Shown: one piece after another, positions 46,291-56,171 of the stretch
Layout of the letters: the number at the start of each line of letters is the position of its first letter
Numbering within the stretch: the stretch's first letter is position 1
Source of the DNA: an uncultured Gemmatimonadales bacterium
GTDB taxonomy: Bacteria; Gemmatimonadota; Gemmatimonadetes; Longimicrobiales; Longimicrobiaceae
Assembly: GCA_963716255.1 (NCBI GenBank)
Contig: OY970303.1
Coordinates: 1,920,001-1,984,000, forward strand
Direction of reading: 5' to 3'
DNA: 64,000 nucleotides
Notes under the pieces: generated by a model
Database searches by the model: none
What the model saw: only the letters and a program-made list of their open reading frames with translations
What the model was told of the DNA's origin: nothing
Program-made: the position numbers and the translations under genes

Positions 46291-46437
46291 GCGTGAGGGA
46301 TTTCGGCCCGAAGGGGCGAGACCCGGCGGGGCTGTTTCCGCCGGGTCTCGACTCCGTTGCAGACGGTCGTTTCGTCTGCTACGGAGCCGAAGCCCGACCC
46401 CGGCGCAGCCGGGGGCACGCCCGACCCGCGACCTTCA
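46291..46437 (+). repeat. Repeat family A, copy 6
   Basis: Full copy; first stem like copy 2, central stem like copy 1. Confidence 0.92.
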
Positions 46438-46457
46438 ACCCGGTATCACGTCGCCCC

Positions 46458-46727
46458 TCAGCCGACGTCGACAAGCGCCCGCCTCACCCGGTGCCGCTCC
46501 GCTTCCGCCCACGCGGCGAAGTCCTCCAGCCTGCCCAGCTGGCCGGTGGTGTCCTCCTGCGCGATCGTCGGGTCGGCCGCGGGCCCCGAGTCGAACGTGC
46601 GGATGAACTCCGTCAGCGCGGCCAGGTACTCGTCGGCGACGGCGCGGGTGTCCGGCGCGCGCTCCGCGGCGGCACGGTCGAACCGCGCGCGCATCTCCTC
46701 CAGCCCTGCCCTTTCCGAATCGTACAT
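46458..46727 (-). CDS. Small helical hypothetical protein
   Basis: GGAG RBS, 89 aa, co-oriented downstream of the DAC-like gene. Confidence 0.6.
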   Translation of the reverse strand: MYDSERAGLEEMRARFDRAAAERAPDTRAVADEYLAALTEFIRTFDSGPAADPTIAQEDTTGQLGRLEDFAAWAEAERHRVRRALVDVG

Positions 46728-46802
46728 CGCTTGCTCCGGGACCCTGGTGGCGCGGTGAGCGGCGCGTGCCGTGCAAGCTCGGCGCCAGGGCGGCCCCGGC
46801 CG

Positions 46803-47942
46803 CTACAGCAGCAGCGTTTCCACGCGGTGGGCGTGCACCATCCCCTCGCACTGCGACCAGGCGAAGATGGTGAAGCGGCCGTCCTGCGAGGCCACCAGGG
46901 CGAAGGCGTCGCGCTGGTCGTGCGCGAACTGCGCCGCGGACAGGTGGCGGGTGCCGCCGAGCTGCGTGGGGTGCAGCACCTGCGGCTCGCTCCCCAGCAC
47001 CGGCTCCGTGAGCACCACCTGCTCCACCGGCGGGCTCCCCTCCGCCCGCCCGATCTTCGCCCCGAAGGCGAGCAGCTCGTAGCGGTCGCTGAGCACCGCC
47101 GCGCCGTCCACGGCGGTGAGCCCGCCGATGGACTCCACCGCGCGCTCGAACGCCTCCTGCCAGGCGCTGCGCCTGCGCTCCTCCGTCTCCTGGCCGGTCA
47201 GCTTGGCGAGCTCCGCGAACGCCGGCACCACCGAGTAGCGGACGGGCGACACGATGGACTCGCGCCAGCGCGCGCTGCCGCCGGGGACCACCAGGAGCGA
47301 CCCACCGCGCCCGTGCGAGCGCATGGAGACGGCGAGCTGCAGGAGCACGTTGACCGAGTCGGCCCGGGCGCCGGGGGCGTCGGAGCCCAGCAGCAGCGTC
47401 ACCAGCGGCGGACAGTCGGGGAGGCGGGCGCCCCCCTCGTCCACCACCTTGACCTGGTCGCCCGCGAACACCACCACGTTGGCGAACTTGCTGAACTCGT
47501 CGCCACGGCGGTACTTGACCACCAGCACCCCCGGCTCCACCACTTCCAGGACGAAGCACAGCCGCGGGATGGTGCGCGTGGTCCCCCACACGTACAGCTC
47601 GCCGCCGTCGCGCCATACGCCCAGGTGGATGCCGGGGCGCTCCACGGCCGGCGACAGCCGGGTCAGCCCGCCGGGGGTGAAGGGGAGACGCGCCTCGAAG
47701 AGCATGGGGCCGTGCGCCCGCTCCGGCGGGAGGAACGCGAGCGAGACGCGGGTCGCGCGCCCCTCCTCGCGGCGCAGGCTGGCCCAGAACGCCGTGTCCA
47801 CGATCGCCTCCACCGCCGCCGCGTCGGGGTGGGGCGCCAGGTCGTCCCCGCCCTCGTCGCACGCTGCGGCGAGGTGGCGCGCGAAGATGTCCTCCACCGT
47901 GGCGGCGACCGCGCGCGCCGCCGGGTATGCCGGTTCCGTCAT
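46803..47942 (-). CDS. Sensor domain fused to a DisA_N/diadenylate-cyclase-like domain (DACNV-type)
   Basis: AFWASLRREEG N-domain; HGRGG, LTAVDGA, FGAKI, GTRHLSAA, VASQDG. Confidence 0.8.
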   Translation of the reverse strand: MTEPAYPAARAVAATVEDIFARHLAAACDEGGDDLAPHPDAAAVEAIVDTAFWASLRREEGRATRVSLAFLPPERAHGPMLFEARLPFTPGGLTRLSPAVERPGIHLGVWRDGGELYVWGTTRTIPRLCFVLEVVEPGVLVVKYRRGDEFSKFANVVVFAGDQVKVVDEGGARLPDCPPLVTLLLGSDAPGARADSVNVLLQLAVSMRSHGRGGSLLVVPGGSARWRESIVSPVRYSVVPAFAELAKLTGQETEERRRSAWQEAFERAVESIGGLTAVDGAAVLSDRYELLAFGAKIGRAEGSPPVEQVVLTEPVLGSEPQVLHPTQLGGTRHLSAAQFAHDQRDAFALVASQDGRFTIFAWSQCEGMVHAHRVETLLL

Positions 47943-48063
47943 GCCCCCGCAGGTTCGAGTTTCCATGCCGCCGCCCCGCCACCGGCGCGGGCGGCCTCCC
48001 CCGGTCCCGCGCCGTGCACACCACGCGCCGCGGAACCGGCCACCCCCAGCCGAGGAGTCCGGG

Positions 48064-48591
48064 ATGAGACGCGTTCGCTACGCCGTGGGGATGAGCCTGG
48101 ACGCCCGCATCGCCGACCCGGAGGACGGGGTCGGCTGGATGATCGGCGACCCGGAGTACGACGGGACGGCCTTCTTCACGGAGATCGACACGATGCTGAT
48201 GGGGCGGCGCACCTTCGAGGCCGCGCGGCGCCAGGGCGGGGGCGCCATGCGGGGGATCCGCGGCTACGTGTTCTCGCGCACGCTGCGGGCGGAGGACTTC
48301 CCCGGCGTCACCGTCGTCGCGGAGGACGCGGCGGGGACGGTGGCCGCCCTGCGCGCGGAGGAGTCCGGCAGGGACATCTGGCTGGCGGGCGGCGGGGAAC
48401 TGTTCGGCAGCCTGGCGGAGGCGGGGCTGGTGGACACCGTGGAGATCGGGCTGAACCCCATCCTGCTCGGCGGCGGCATTCCCCTGGTGCCCTCGCTGCC
48501 GCGCTCCGTGCGGCTGACTCTCACGGAGAGCCGGGCGTACGGCAGCGGCCTGGTGGTCCTGCGCTACGACGTGCGGCGGGATTCCGCCTGA
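48064..48591 (+). CDS. Dihydrofolate reductase-like (RibD C-terminal) protein
   Basis: MSLDARIA, LMGRRTF, VFSRT, DIWLAGGG, PILLGGGIPL. Confidence 0.92.
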   Translation: MRRVRYAVGMSLDARIADPEDGVGWMIGDPEYDGTAFFTEIDTMLMGRRTFEAARRQGGGAMRGIRGYVFSRTLRAEDFPGVTVVAEDAAGTVAALRAEESGRDIWLAGGGELFGSLAEAGLVDTVEIGLNPILLGGGIPLVPSLPRSVRLTLTESRAYGSGLVVLRYDVRRDSA

Positions 48592-48603
48592 AAAGAACGG
48601 CTT

Positions 48604-48750
48604 TGAACGGCGGGTTCGGGCGTGCCCCCGGCTGGCGCCGGGGTCGGGCTTCGGCTCCGTAAGCCCGCAAACAACGCGGGCTAACGGAGTCGAGCCCCGG
48701 CGGAAACGGCCCCACCGGGTCTCGCCCCTTCGGGCCGGAATCCCTCACGC
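48604..48750 (-). repeat. Repeat family A, copy 7
   Basis: Full reverse-strand copy. Confidence 0.92.
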
Positions 48751-48809
48751 GACTGCCGGTGCGGCCGCGGCATCCGGTGGGACGCGCGGCGGTACTGCGC
48801 ATGGCGATT

Positions 48810-50288
48810 TCAGCCCCGCGCCTGCTCCTCGGCCAGCACCTCGCGGCCCAGGGCGACGACGCCGTCGGCCAGCGCGTCGAAGTCCTCGCGGCGGCTGCGG
48901 TGGTTGACGTTGGCGGCACGGATGGCGAAGCGGCCCCGCAGCACCGTGCTGGAGGGGACGGCGATCCCCCGCTCCTGGAGGCGCAGCAGCACCTCGGCGT
49001 TGACGCGGTCCAGCACCTCGTCCGCGGCGCCGGCGGGTGCGTAGCGGAAGCAGACCACGTTGAGCGGCACCGGGGCGAGCAGCTCCAGCTCCGGGTGCGC
49101 CTCCACCCGGGCGGCCAGGTGGCGGGCCTGGCGGACGTTCTGCTCGATGAGGCGCGCCAGCTTGTCCACGCCGTACGCCTTGAGCGACATCCACACCTTG
49201 AGCGCCTTGAAGCCGCGGGTGAGGTCCACGCCGCGCTCGGCGAAGGGGAGCCCCGCGGACATCACCCCGCGCTCGGCCCCGGCCAGGTAGGCGGCCGTCA
49301 TGGCGAAGGCGGCGCGGTGCACCTCCGGGTCGCGCACCAGCACGCACGCGCACTCGAAGGGGAGGTACCCCCACTTGTGCAGGTCGAACCCCACCGAGTC
49401 CGCCTCCTCCAGCCCCGCCACCCCCGGCCGCAGCGCGTCCGACAGGTACGCCAGCGCCCCGAAGGCCCCGTCCACGTGGAACCACAGCCCCTCCCGCCGG
49501 CAGAATTCCGCCAGCGCCCGCAGGTCGTCCGTGGCGCCGGTGTTCACCGTCCCCGCGGTGCCCACCACGCACACGGGCCGGAGCCCCGCCGCGCGGTCCT
49601 CCGCCACCCTGCGGGCCAGCGCGGCCGGGTCCATCCGGTATTCGCCGTCCACCGGGACGCGGCGGAAGGCGCGGTTCCCCATCCCCAGCAGCTCCACCGC
49701 CCTCCCCAGCCAGCCGTGCGTCTCGACCGAGGCGTAGACCGTCAGCCGGGGCCCGCCGTGGAGCCCTTCCGCGCGCACGTCGAAGCCCGCCTTTGCGTGC
49801 CGCGCGACGGCGAGGCCCAGGACGTTGGCCATGGTGCCGCCGGTCACCAGCACGCCGCCGGCCCCGGGCGGAAAGCCCAGGAGCACGGCGAGCCAGCGGA
49901 CCACCTGCGCCTCCACCAGCGCGGGCGCCTGGGTGAAGCCGGCCATGTGCGGGTTCATGGCCGCGGCGAGCATGTCCGCCATCATCCCCAGCGGCGTGCC
50001 GTTGCCCTGCACCCACCCCCAGAAGCGCGGGTGCCGGTTGCCGTTGGCGTAGGGGAGCACGCTGCGCACGAACTCGTCGTACACCGCCTCCTCGCCCGCG
50101 CCCGCGTACGGCACCGGCTCGTCCAGGGCGCGCCTCACCTCGTCGGGGAGGGGCTGCCAGGCGGGGCGCTCGCGCAGCGTGGCCAGGTGGTCCAGGGTGT
50201 CGTCCAGCATGCGGTGGGCGAGCGCGCGGAACCGGTCCCAGCTCTCCGGGTCCAGCGTCTCCTCCGGCGGGGTGTGCTCCGTCTGCAT
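48810..50288 (-). CDS. Group II pyridoxal-dependent amino acid decarboxylase
   Basis: HPRFWG, TGGTMAN, TAGTVNTGATD, HVDGAFG, DLHKW (PLP lysine). Confidence 0.94.
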   Translation of the reverse strand: MQTEHTPPEETLDPESWDRFRALAHRMLDDTLDHLATLRERPAWQPLPDEVRRALDEPVPYAGAGEEAVYDEFVRSVLPYANGNRHPRFWGWVQGNGTPLGMMADMLAAAMNPHMAGFTQAPALVEAQVVRWLAVLLGFPPGAGGVLVTGGTMANVLGLAVARHAKAGFDVRAEGLHGGPRLTVYASVETHGWLGRAVELLGMGNRAFRRVPVDGEYRMDPAALARRVAEDRAAGLRPVCVVGTAGTVNTGATDDLRALAEFCRREGLWFHVDGAFGALAYLSDALRPGVAGLEEADSVGFDLHKWGYLPFECACVLVRDPEVHRAAFAMTAAYLAGAERGVMSAGLPFAERGVDLTRGFKALKVWMSLKAYGVDKLARLIEQNVRQARHLAARVEAHPELELLAPVPLNVVCFRYAPAGAADEVLDRVNAEVLLRLQERGIAVPSSTVLRGRFAIRAANVNHRSRREDFDALADGVVALGREVLAEEQARG

Positions 50289-50388
50289 TCCGTTCCTGTC
50301 GGTGAAGGGGAACGGGAGAGATAGCGCGTCCGGGCGCGCCGCCGCCACCCGGACCTTGCGCTCGAATCCGGCGCCGGGACGGGGCCGC

Positions 50389-52062
50389 CTACCGCCCCGT
50401 GCGGACCGGCGGCGCCACGTCGTGGCGGAGCACGGCGACCAGGGCGCCCCGCTGGGGGTCGCGCGGGTGGCGGCGGAAGTCCCAGCGGCGCGTTTCCAGG
50501 ACGAAGCCGCGGATGCGGCGGCCGGGCGGGGCCGCGGCGGCGGCGCGGCGGGCGCATGCGTCCAGGAACTCGCGCAGCAGCGGGACGCGCTCGGGGTGGG
50601 TGTCCCAGTCGCGCAGCAGCCTGCGGTAGCGCGCGTCCGCCACCGCGCCGATCCAGCGCTCGAAGCGCGCCGGCGCGATTGTGCCGTCCTCGTACACCAC
50701 CAGCGGGCGGACGTACTCCACCGGCTCCAGCGCCTGCGGCCGGCTGAACATCTGCATGGCGGTGATGGGAAACTTCTCGGTGCGGGTGGCCCACGCCAGG
50801 CACGCGACCACCAGGAACGCCCGCGCGACCCCCAGCAGCCGGCGCGCGGCGGGATCCGCAGCGGAGGAGGACGGGACCCACGCCGCTGCAGACTCCGTCG
50901 CCGTGCGCGTCCGCGCCCACGCCGCAGCCAGCCGGTCGCGCAGCGGCGCCCAGTCGTAGAACACGGCCTGGATGGCGATGAGGTCGGGGAAGAGGATGTT
51001 CTGCATCAGCAGGATGCCCACGTGCATCCCGGCCATGACCAGGGGGAGGACGCGCCGTGCCAGCGCGCCGGCGAGCACCCCCACGAAGGTGACCTCGCCC
51101 ACCAGCGACGCCAGCCCCAGCACGCCGAACGCCCAGGTGGGCCAGGCGAGCATGGCGTCGGTGAGCCGGAAGTCGAAGTGCATGGGCTCCACCACCGTGG
51201 CGACCACCATCTGCTTCATGTGCTCGCCGCGCCACCACCCGAAGCCGGTGTTCCGCAGCTTGCTCAGCCCCGCCAGCGTGTAGGGTACGGCCACCGCCAT
51301 CCACACCAGGTAGCGCCCCGCTCCGTAGCGCATGCGGGGCACGCGCGCGGGCTCCACGGCCGCGCCGCGCCGCAGGCGCAGCCGCCGGTCCAGCGAAAAG
51401 GCGTCGCCGCAGGGGGTGAAGGCGAGGAGGAGGAGCGCGTAGAGCGGGATCACGCCCGTGTGGTACGACCAGGCGTAGGCGCGGAAGATGGATGCGAAGA
51501 GCAGGTAGGCGAGCGCCCCCGCCGGCACCGTCCAGCGGGTGAAGAGCCCGAGCAGCGCGAGCGCGAGCAGCCCCCCGGTGAGCCACTGGTACGCGAGCAG
51601 CGCCGGCGCGCTGGCGAGGAACCGGTCGAAGCCGATGGGGAGCGAGTGCAGCAGCCCCACCAGCCAGTGGTGGTCCGCGTCCAGCATGCCGCGCGGCAGC
51701 GCCGCCGAGCTGGGAAGGTCCTCCCACAGCACGCTGCCCAGCAGGATCGCCGCGACCCACGCGCGCGTGGCTCCCAGCGCCTCCGCCGTGGCGGGCGGCA
51801 CCCAGCGCTCCGCGCGCGGCGGCCGCAGCCCCGCGAACGCCGGCACCGCCGCCCCCAGCACCCCCAGCAGCAGCGCCCCGTCGCGCAGCGACGCGCGCCA
51901 CCCCACCAGCACCCGCGCCACGACCCCGTCCGCCGCCAGCGACGGCAGCAGCAGCGGCCCCACCACCCCACCCACGAGCAGCCACGCCCCGAGCGCCGCC
52001 GCGACCCCGACGAAGAAGCGCCCCCACGGCGACGTCCGCGTCCACGAGCGCCGACCTGCCAT
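50389..52062 (-). CDS. HTTM-like polytopic membrane protein
   Basis: AGGAGG RBS; GLFTR, DAFSLD, YTLAGLSKL..G..W, MHVGI, FPITAMQMFS. Confidence 0.75.
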   Translation of the reverse strand: MAGRRSWTRTSPWGRFFVGVAAALGAWLLVGGVVGPLLLPSLAADGVVARVLVGWRASLRDGALLLGVLGAAVPAFAGLRPPRAERWVPPATAEALGATRAWVAAILLGSVLWEDLPSSAALPRGMLDADHHWLVGLLHSLPIGFDRFLASAPALLAYQWLTGGLLALALLGLFTRWTVPAGALAYLLFASIFRAYAWSYHTGVIPLYALLLLAFTPCGDAFSLDRRLRLRRGAAVEPARVPRMRYGAGRYLVWMAVAVPYTLAGLSKLRNTGFGWWRGEHMKQMVVATVVEPMHFDFRLTDAMLAWPTWAFGVLGLASLVGEVTFVGVLAGALARRVLPLVMAGMHVGILLMQNILFPDLIAIQAVFYDWAPLRDRLAAAWARTRTATESAAAWVPSSSAADPAARRLLGVARAFLVVACLAWATRTEKFPITAMQMFSRPQALEPVEYVRPLVVYEDGTIAPARFERWIGAVADARYRRLLRDWDTHPERVPLLREFLDACARRAAAAAPPGRRIRGFVLETRRWDFRRHPRDPQRGALVAVLRHDVAPPVRTGR

Positions 52063-52127
52063 CCACATCCTCCTGTCCACGCGGACCCCGCCCCCCGCGA
52101 TGCCGTTGCCGTTCGCCGTTGCCGTCC

Positions 52128-52280
52128 CCGCAGTATCCCCCAGAAGCGGTTACGGAGGGAGACCCGGGGACAGTTTCCCGGGGCTCCCTCCGGCGCAGGG
52201 AGACAGCCGGGCAGTTTCGGCTGGCTCCCGGAGCCCGCGGAGGAGACCGGCAGCAGTATCGCCGGGCTCCGTAGCGGCCC
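52128..52280 (+). repeat. Repeat family B, copy 3
   Basis: CCGCAGTATCCCC lead-in plus three GAGAC/GGCTC hairpins. Confidence 0.85.
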
Positions 52281-52301
52281 GCAGAAGCTAGAGGAAACGC
52301 A

Positions 52302-53582
52302 TCACCCCGCCGCCGCGGCAGCAGACGGCTTGGGACGCGTGTACTCCTCGATGCCGAACCCCATGAAGATCGTCCCCAGCACCAGCACGGACCCGGTCCA
52401 GAACGGCACCCCCGCCCCCAGGTGGTCGAACGCCCACCCCGCCCAGAGCGGCGCCACGACCCGCGCCATCCCCCCGAAGCTCTGCTGCACCCCCATGTAC
52501 ACGCCCCGCTCGAACGGCGGGATCAGCCGCGACAGGATGGCCGTCACGCAGGGAAAGGTGAACGCCGTACCCAGCGGCACCAGCGCCAGCGCCCCCATCA
52601 GCGCCAGCAGGCGGAAGGGTACCTGCACCACGCCCAGCGTGCCGGGGAGCGCGGACAGGTCCAGCGTGGTGCCGCCCGGCACGTACCAGGTCAGCGGCAG
52701 GAGCGCCAGCCCGGAGGCCAGCAGCACCTGCCCCACGCGCGAAAGCCGCGCCTCCCCCAGCCGGTCCACGGCCCTCCCCAGGACCACCGCGCGCGCCAGC
52801 ACGGAGATGATGCCGTTGTACGCGTACACCAGGCCGATGGTCTTTTCGGTGACGCCGTAGCGCAGCGCCAGGAACAGCGCCAGCAGCGCCGTCATCATCT
52901 GGAAGGCGCCCATCCCCACGGCGTAGATCCAGATCATGCGCGGGGCCGGCTCGCCGGGGTGGGTGAGGGTGTGCCACACCGCCTGACGCGGCCGGCGCGC
53001 CCCCGCCGCGGCCGCCCGCGCCCCCGCCACGTCGTGCGACTCGGCCAGGTAGAACCAGGCGAACACCATGTTGGCCAGGCACAGTCCCGCGGCGATCAAC
53101 CCCGGCGCGTGCGGGCTGATCCCCATGCTGAAGGAGCCGATGACGGGACCGATGGTGACGCCCACGTTGGTGGCGGCGGAGAGCCACCCCAGGCTCCGGG
53201 CGCGGTTCTCGGGCTCGGTGGCGTCGGCGACGTACGCCTGGATCACCCCCACCGTGCCGCCGCCCGCGCCCTGCACCAGCCGCGACAGCAGCAGCACCCA
53301 TAGCGAGCCGGCGAAGGCGAAGATGACGTACGCGATGGCGGACGCGCCCAGCCCCACCAGCAGCGCGGGCCGCCGCCCGAAGCGGTCGGAGACGCGCCCC
53401 CAGAGCGGCGCGCTGAGGAGCTGCGCCACGGCGTACGACGACACCAGGATTCCCACGACCAGACCGCTCCCCCCCAGCCGGACGGCGTAGAAGGGGAGGA
53501 GCGGGAGCACCATGAGGAGCCCCACCATGTCCACGAACGCCGTGACCATGAGCACGGCGAGCTTTGCGAACGGCTTGCCCAG
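52302..53582 (-). CDS. MFS transporter (TetA/DHA1-like)
   Basis: GRVSDRFGRRP motif A, SRLVQG, AYVAD, GPVIG; start uncertain (CTG 53582 after AGGTGAT, or ATG 53549). Confidence 0.92.
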   Translation of the reverse strand: MGKPFAKLAVLMVTAFVDMVGLLMVLPLLPFYAVRLGGSGLVVGILVSSYAVAQLLSAPLWGRVSDRFGRRPALLVGLGASAIAYVIFAFAGSLWVLLLSRLVQGAGGGTVGVIQAYVADATEPENRARSLGWLSAATNVGVTIGPVIGSFSMGISPHAPGLIAAGLCLANMVFAWFYLAESHDVAGARAAAAGARRPRQAVWHTLTHPGEPAPRMIWIYAVGMGAFQMMTALLALFLALRYGVTEKTIGLVYAYNGIISVLARAVVLGRAVDRLGEARLSRVGQVLLASGLALLPLTWYVPGGTTLDLSALPGTLGVVQVPFRLLALMGALALVPLGTAFTFPCVTAILSRLIPPFERGVYMGVQQSFGGMARVVAPLWAGWAFDHLGAGVPFWTGSVLVLGTIFMGFGIEEYTRPKPSAAAAAG

Positions 53583-53696
53583 GGGATCACCTGCAGGGTG
53601 GGAGGGCGGGCACGGACGCGGCCGCGCCCCGGGCACGGCGGGAATGTACCCGCCCCCCGGACCCGCGCGAAAGCCCTGTGTAGAGCGCCGCGCGCC

Positions 53697-55178
53697 TCAG
53701 GCGGCGGAGGGGCTCCCGGCGGGGTCCCCCGCCGCCACCGGCACGGCGACGGACGCCGGCGCGGATGCGGGGAACATGTGGGCGATGGAGTTGGCGTAGT
53801 AGCGCAGCAGCGCCATCTCCTCCTCCCGCGCCGAGAAGAGGCCGCCCTCGGCGTCCTCGGCCACCATGCGGCGCAGCACCAGCATGCGCAGCCCCACGGT
53901 GAAGGCGTAGTCGCGGTCGCGCCGGGGGACGTAGATGCGCGCGCCCGCGGCCTCCAGCTCGCCGATGAGGCGGTGCAGCTCGGCCTTGAGCTCCAGCTCG
54001 CTCCACGCCCGCCGCGGCGCCCGCGCGAACACCGTGGCCGCGAGCGCCACCGGGACCACCGGCACCGTGCGCCCCACCGCGTCCATCAGCATGCGCCCCA
54101 GCGCTTCCACCGCCGCGAAGCGCTCCTCCTTCGGCAGCGCGGCGAAGTCCACCCGGTGCTCGGCGGCGTAGGCGCGCATGGACACCGGCGAGCCGAAGTT
54201 GACGCAGGCGTAGCCGAAGCGGTACCACCGGCTCCGGGCCGCCAGCAGCAGGTTGCGCCCCACGAAGCGGAATGTGTTCGCCACGGTGCGCAGGCGGCCG
54301 GGCTTCCGGGCGGCCGGGTCCAGGTCCAGGAGCAGGGTGCGGTCCTCCAGGACGCGGTCGTAGTTGATCCCCACGGGGATGAACACCAGGTCGCGGCCGC
54401 GCGGCTCCCAGGAGCGCACCAGGTAGTCCAGCAGCCCCAGCTTGGGCTGCCGCAGCCGGCCGTCGCGGCTCAGGCCGCCCTCCGGGTACACGGCCTGGGT
54501 GACGCCGGCGGCGGTGGCCATGGCCACGTAGCGCTCCAGCACCCGGCGATACAGCTCGTCGCCGGAGCCCCGGCGCACGAAGTACGCGCCCATGGAGCGG
54601 ATGAGCATGTGCAGCGGCCAGATGCGCGCCCACTCGCCCACGGCGTAGCTGAGCGCCGCCCGCTTGGCGGCCAGGTACCCCACCAGCACGTAGTCCATGT
54701 TGCTGCGGTGGTTCATCACGAACACCACCGTGGAGCCGCGCTCGATGCCGGCCAGCCCCTCCTCGTCGGCGTACCCCAGCCGCACCCGGTACAGCATGCG
54801 CGCCACCCGCCGCCCCGCCCAGTACCCCACGCGGAAGTACAGGTAGGCGTTGAAGGCGGGGACGATCTCGCGGGCGTAGCGCTCCACGCGCGCCACCACC
54901 ACCTCGCGCGGCATGCCATGCTCGCGGGCGTGCGCGTCCACCGCCTCCATGACCCGCGGGTCGTAGACGAGCCGGTCGATGAGCACCTGCCGCCGGGTGA
55001 GCTTGAAGGGCGGGAGCTCGAAGGGGAGCCGGGTGTTGATCTCCTCGATGACGCGGTTGGTGCGCTGCCGCACGAACCAGCGGGCGCCGGGCACCAGCAT
55101 GCGCTCCGCCACCGCCCACGCGGCCAGCGCGGCGAGGAGCAGGACGAGCCAGAGGGGGAGGAGGACGGCCTGCGCCAT
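53697..55178 (-). CDS. Glycerolipid acyltransferase (PlsB/PlsC superfamily)
   Basis: NHRSNMD (HX4D), GAYFVRR, YPEGGLSRDG, PVGINYD. Confidence 0.9.
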   Translation of the reverse strand: MAQAVLLPLWLVLLLAALAAWAVAERMLVPGARWFVRQRTNRVIEEINTRLPFELPPFKLTRRQVLIDRLVYDPRVMEAVDAHAREHGMPREVVVARVERYAREIVPAFNAYLYFRVGYWAGRRVARMLYRVRLGYADEEGLAGIERGSTVVFVMNHRSNMDYVLVGYLAAKRAALSYAVGEWARIWPLHMLIRSMGAYFVRRGSGDELYRRVLERYVAMATAAGVTQAVYPEGGLSRDGRLRQPKLGLLDYLVRSWEPRGRDLVFIPVGINYDRVLEDRTLLLDLDPAARKPGRLRTVANTFRFVGRNLLLAARSRWYRFGYACVNFGSPVSMRAYAAEHRVDFAALPKEERFAAVEALGRMLMDAVGRTVPVVPVALAATVFARAPRRAWSELELKAELHRLIGELEAAGARIYVPRRDRDYAFTVGLRMLVLRRMVAEDAEGGLFSAREEEMALLRYYANSIAHMFPASAPASVAVPVAAGDPAGSPSAA

Positions 55179-55361
55179 GGGGGACGCTCCGGGGAGGGGA
55201 TCGCGCGGCGCGCCGGCGGCATGGGCGCCTGCGGCAAGGTAACGCGGCCGCGGGGGATGCGGAACGGCGCCGCGCGGGCACCGGGCCCCCGCCTTGCGGG
55301 TACGGGGCGCGTCCGCGGCCCGCCGGGCCGCCCGCAACGCCCCGCCCCACAGGTGCCGCCG

Positions 55362-56171
55362 ATGCCGTCCTTTCCGCGCCGGAGACGCGCCCGGACCTCC
55401 GCGCTCCGCCCCCGGGCGCTCGCCCTGCTGCTCGCGGGCGCCGCCTGCACCCGCGCCCCCGCCCCGCCCGCGGGGAGCGCCGCCGACGCCCCGGCGCCGC
55501 GCGCCGCCGCCGGCGTCCCGGCGGACGCCTTCCCCGCCCCGTCGCGCCCGGTGGCGGACATCGTCACCGACACCTGGTCCAGCGAGGACGCACGCGACCG
55601 CGCCGGCGAGGCGGAGCGGGTGATGCAGCTGCTGGGCGTGGGCCCCGGGATGCGCGTGGCCGACGTGGGGGCGGGGAGCGGCTACTACGTGGCGCGGCTG
55701 TCGCCGCGGGTGGGGCCCACGGGGCGGGTGTACGCGCAGGACATCGTCGCGGACTACCTGCGTAAGCTGGGGGCGCGGGTGCGGCGCGAGGGGCTTGGCA
55801 ACGTGACGCTGGTGCTGGGCGACCCGCACGACCCGCGGCTCCCCGGCGACTCGCTGGACCTGGCGCTCCTGGTGCACATGTACCACGAGGTGGAGCAGCC
55901 GTACGGCCTGCTCTACAACCTCCGCCCCGCCCTGCGCCGGGGCGCGCGGGTCGCCGTGGTGGACCTGGACCGCCCCACCGGGCGCCACGGGACGCCGCCG
56001 GAGCTGCTGCGCTGCGAGATGGCGGCGGTGGGCTACACCCCCGTCGCCATCCGCGACCTGGGGCCGGAGAGCGGGTACCTGGCCGTGTTCGAGCCGCCCC
56101 CACCCGGGGCGCTCCCCGCGCCGGGCTCCATCCGCGCCTGCCCGGCGCCCGCCGCGGGGGCCGGCCGGTGA
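55362..56171 (+). CDS. Class I SAM-dependent methyltransferase, lipoprotein-like
   Basis: Lipobox-like GAAC; VADVGAGSGY, VYAQDI, MYHEV; start approximate. Confidence 0.88.
   Translation: MPSFPRRRRARTSALRPRALALLLAGAACTRAPAPPAGSAADAPAPRAAAGVPADAFPAPSRPVADIVTDTWSSEDARDRAGEAERVMQLLGVGPGMRVADVGAGSGYYVARLSPRVGPTGRVYAQDIVADYLRKLGARVRREGLGNVTLVLGDPHDPRLPGDSLDLALLVHMYHEVEQPYGLLYNLRPALRRGARVAVVDLDRPTGRHGTPPELLRCEMAAVGYTPVAIRDLGPESGYLAVFEPPPPGALPAPGSIRACPAPAAGAGR

Noticed and set aside
52102..52125. Short GCCGTT tandem repeat
   Set aside because: Three to four imperfect units in an intergenic region; no evidence of function
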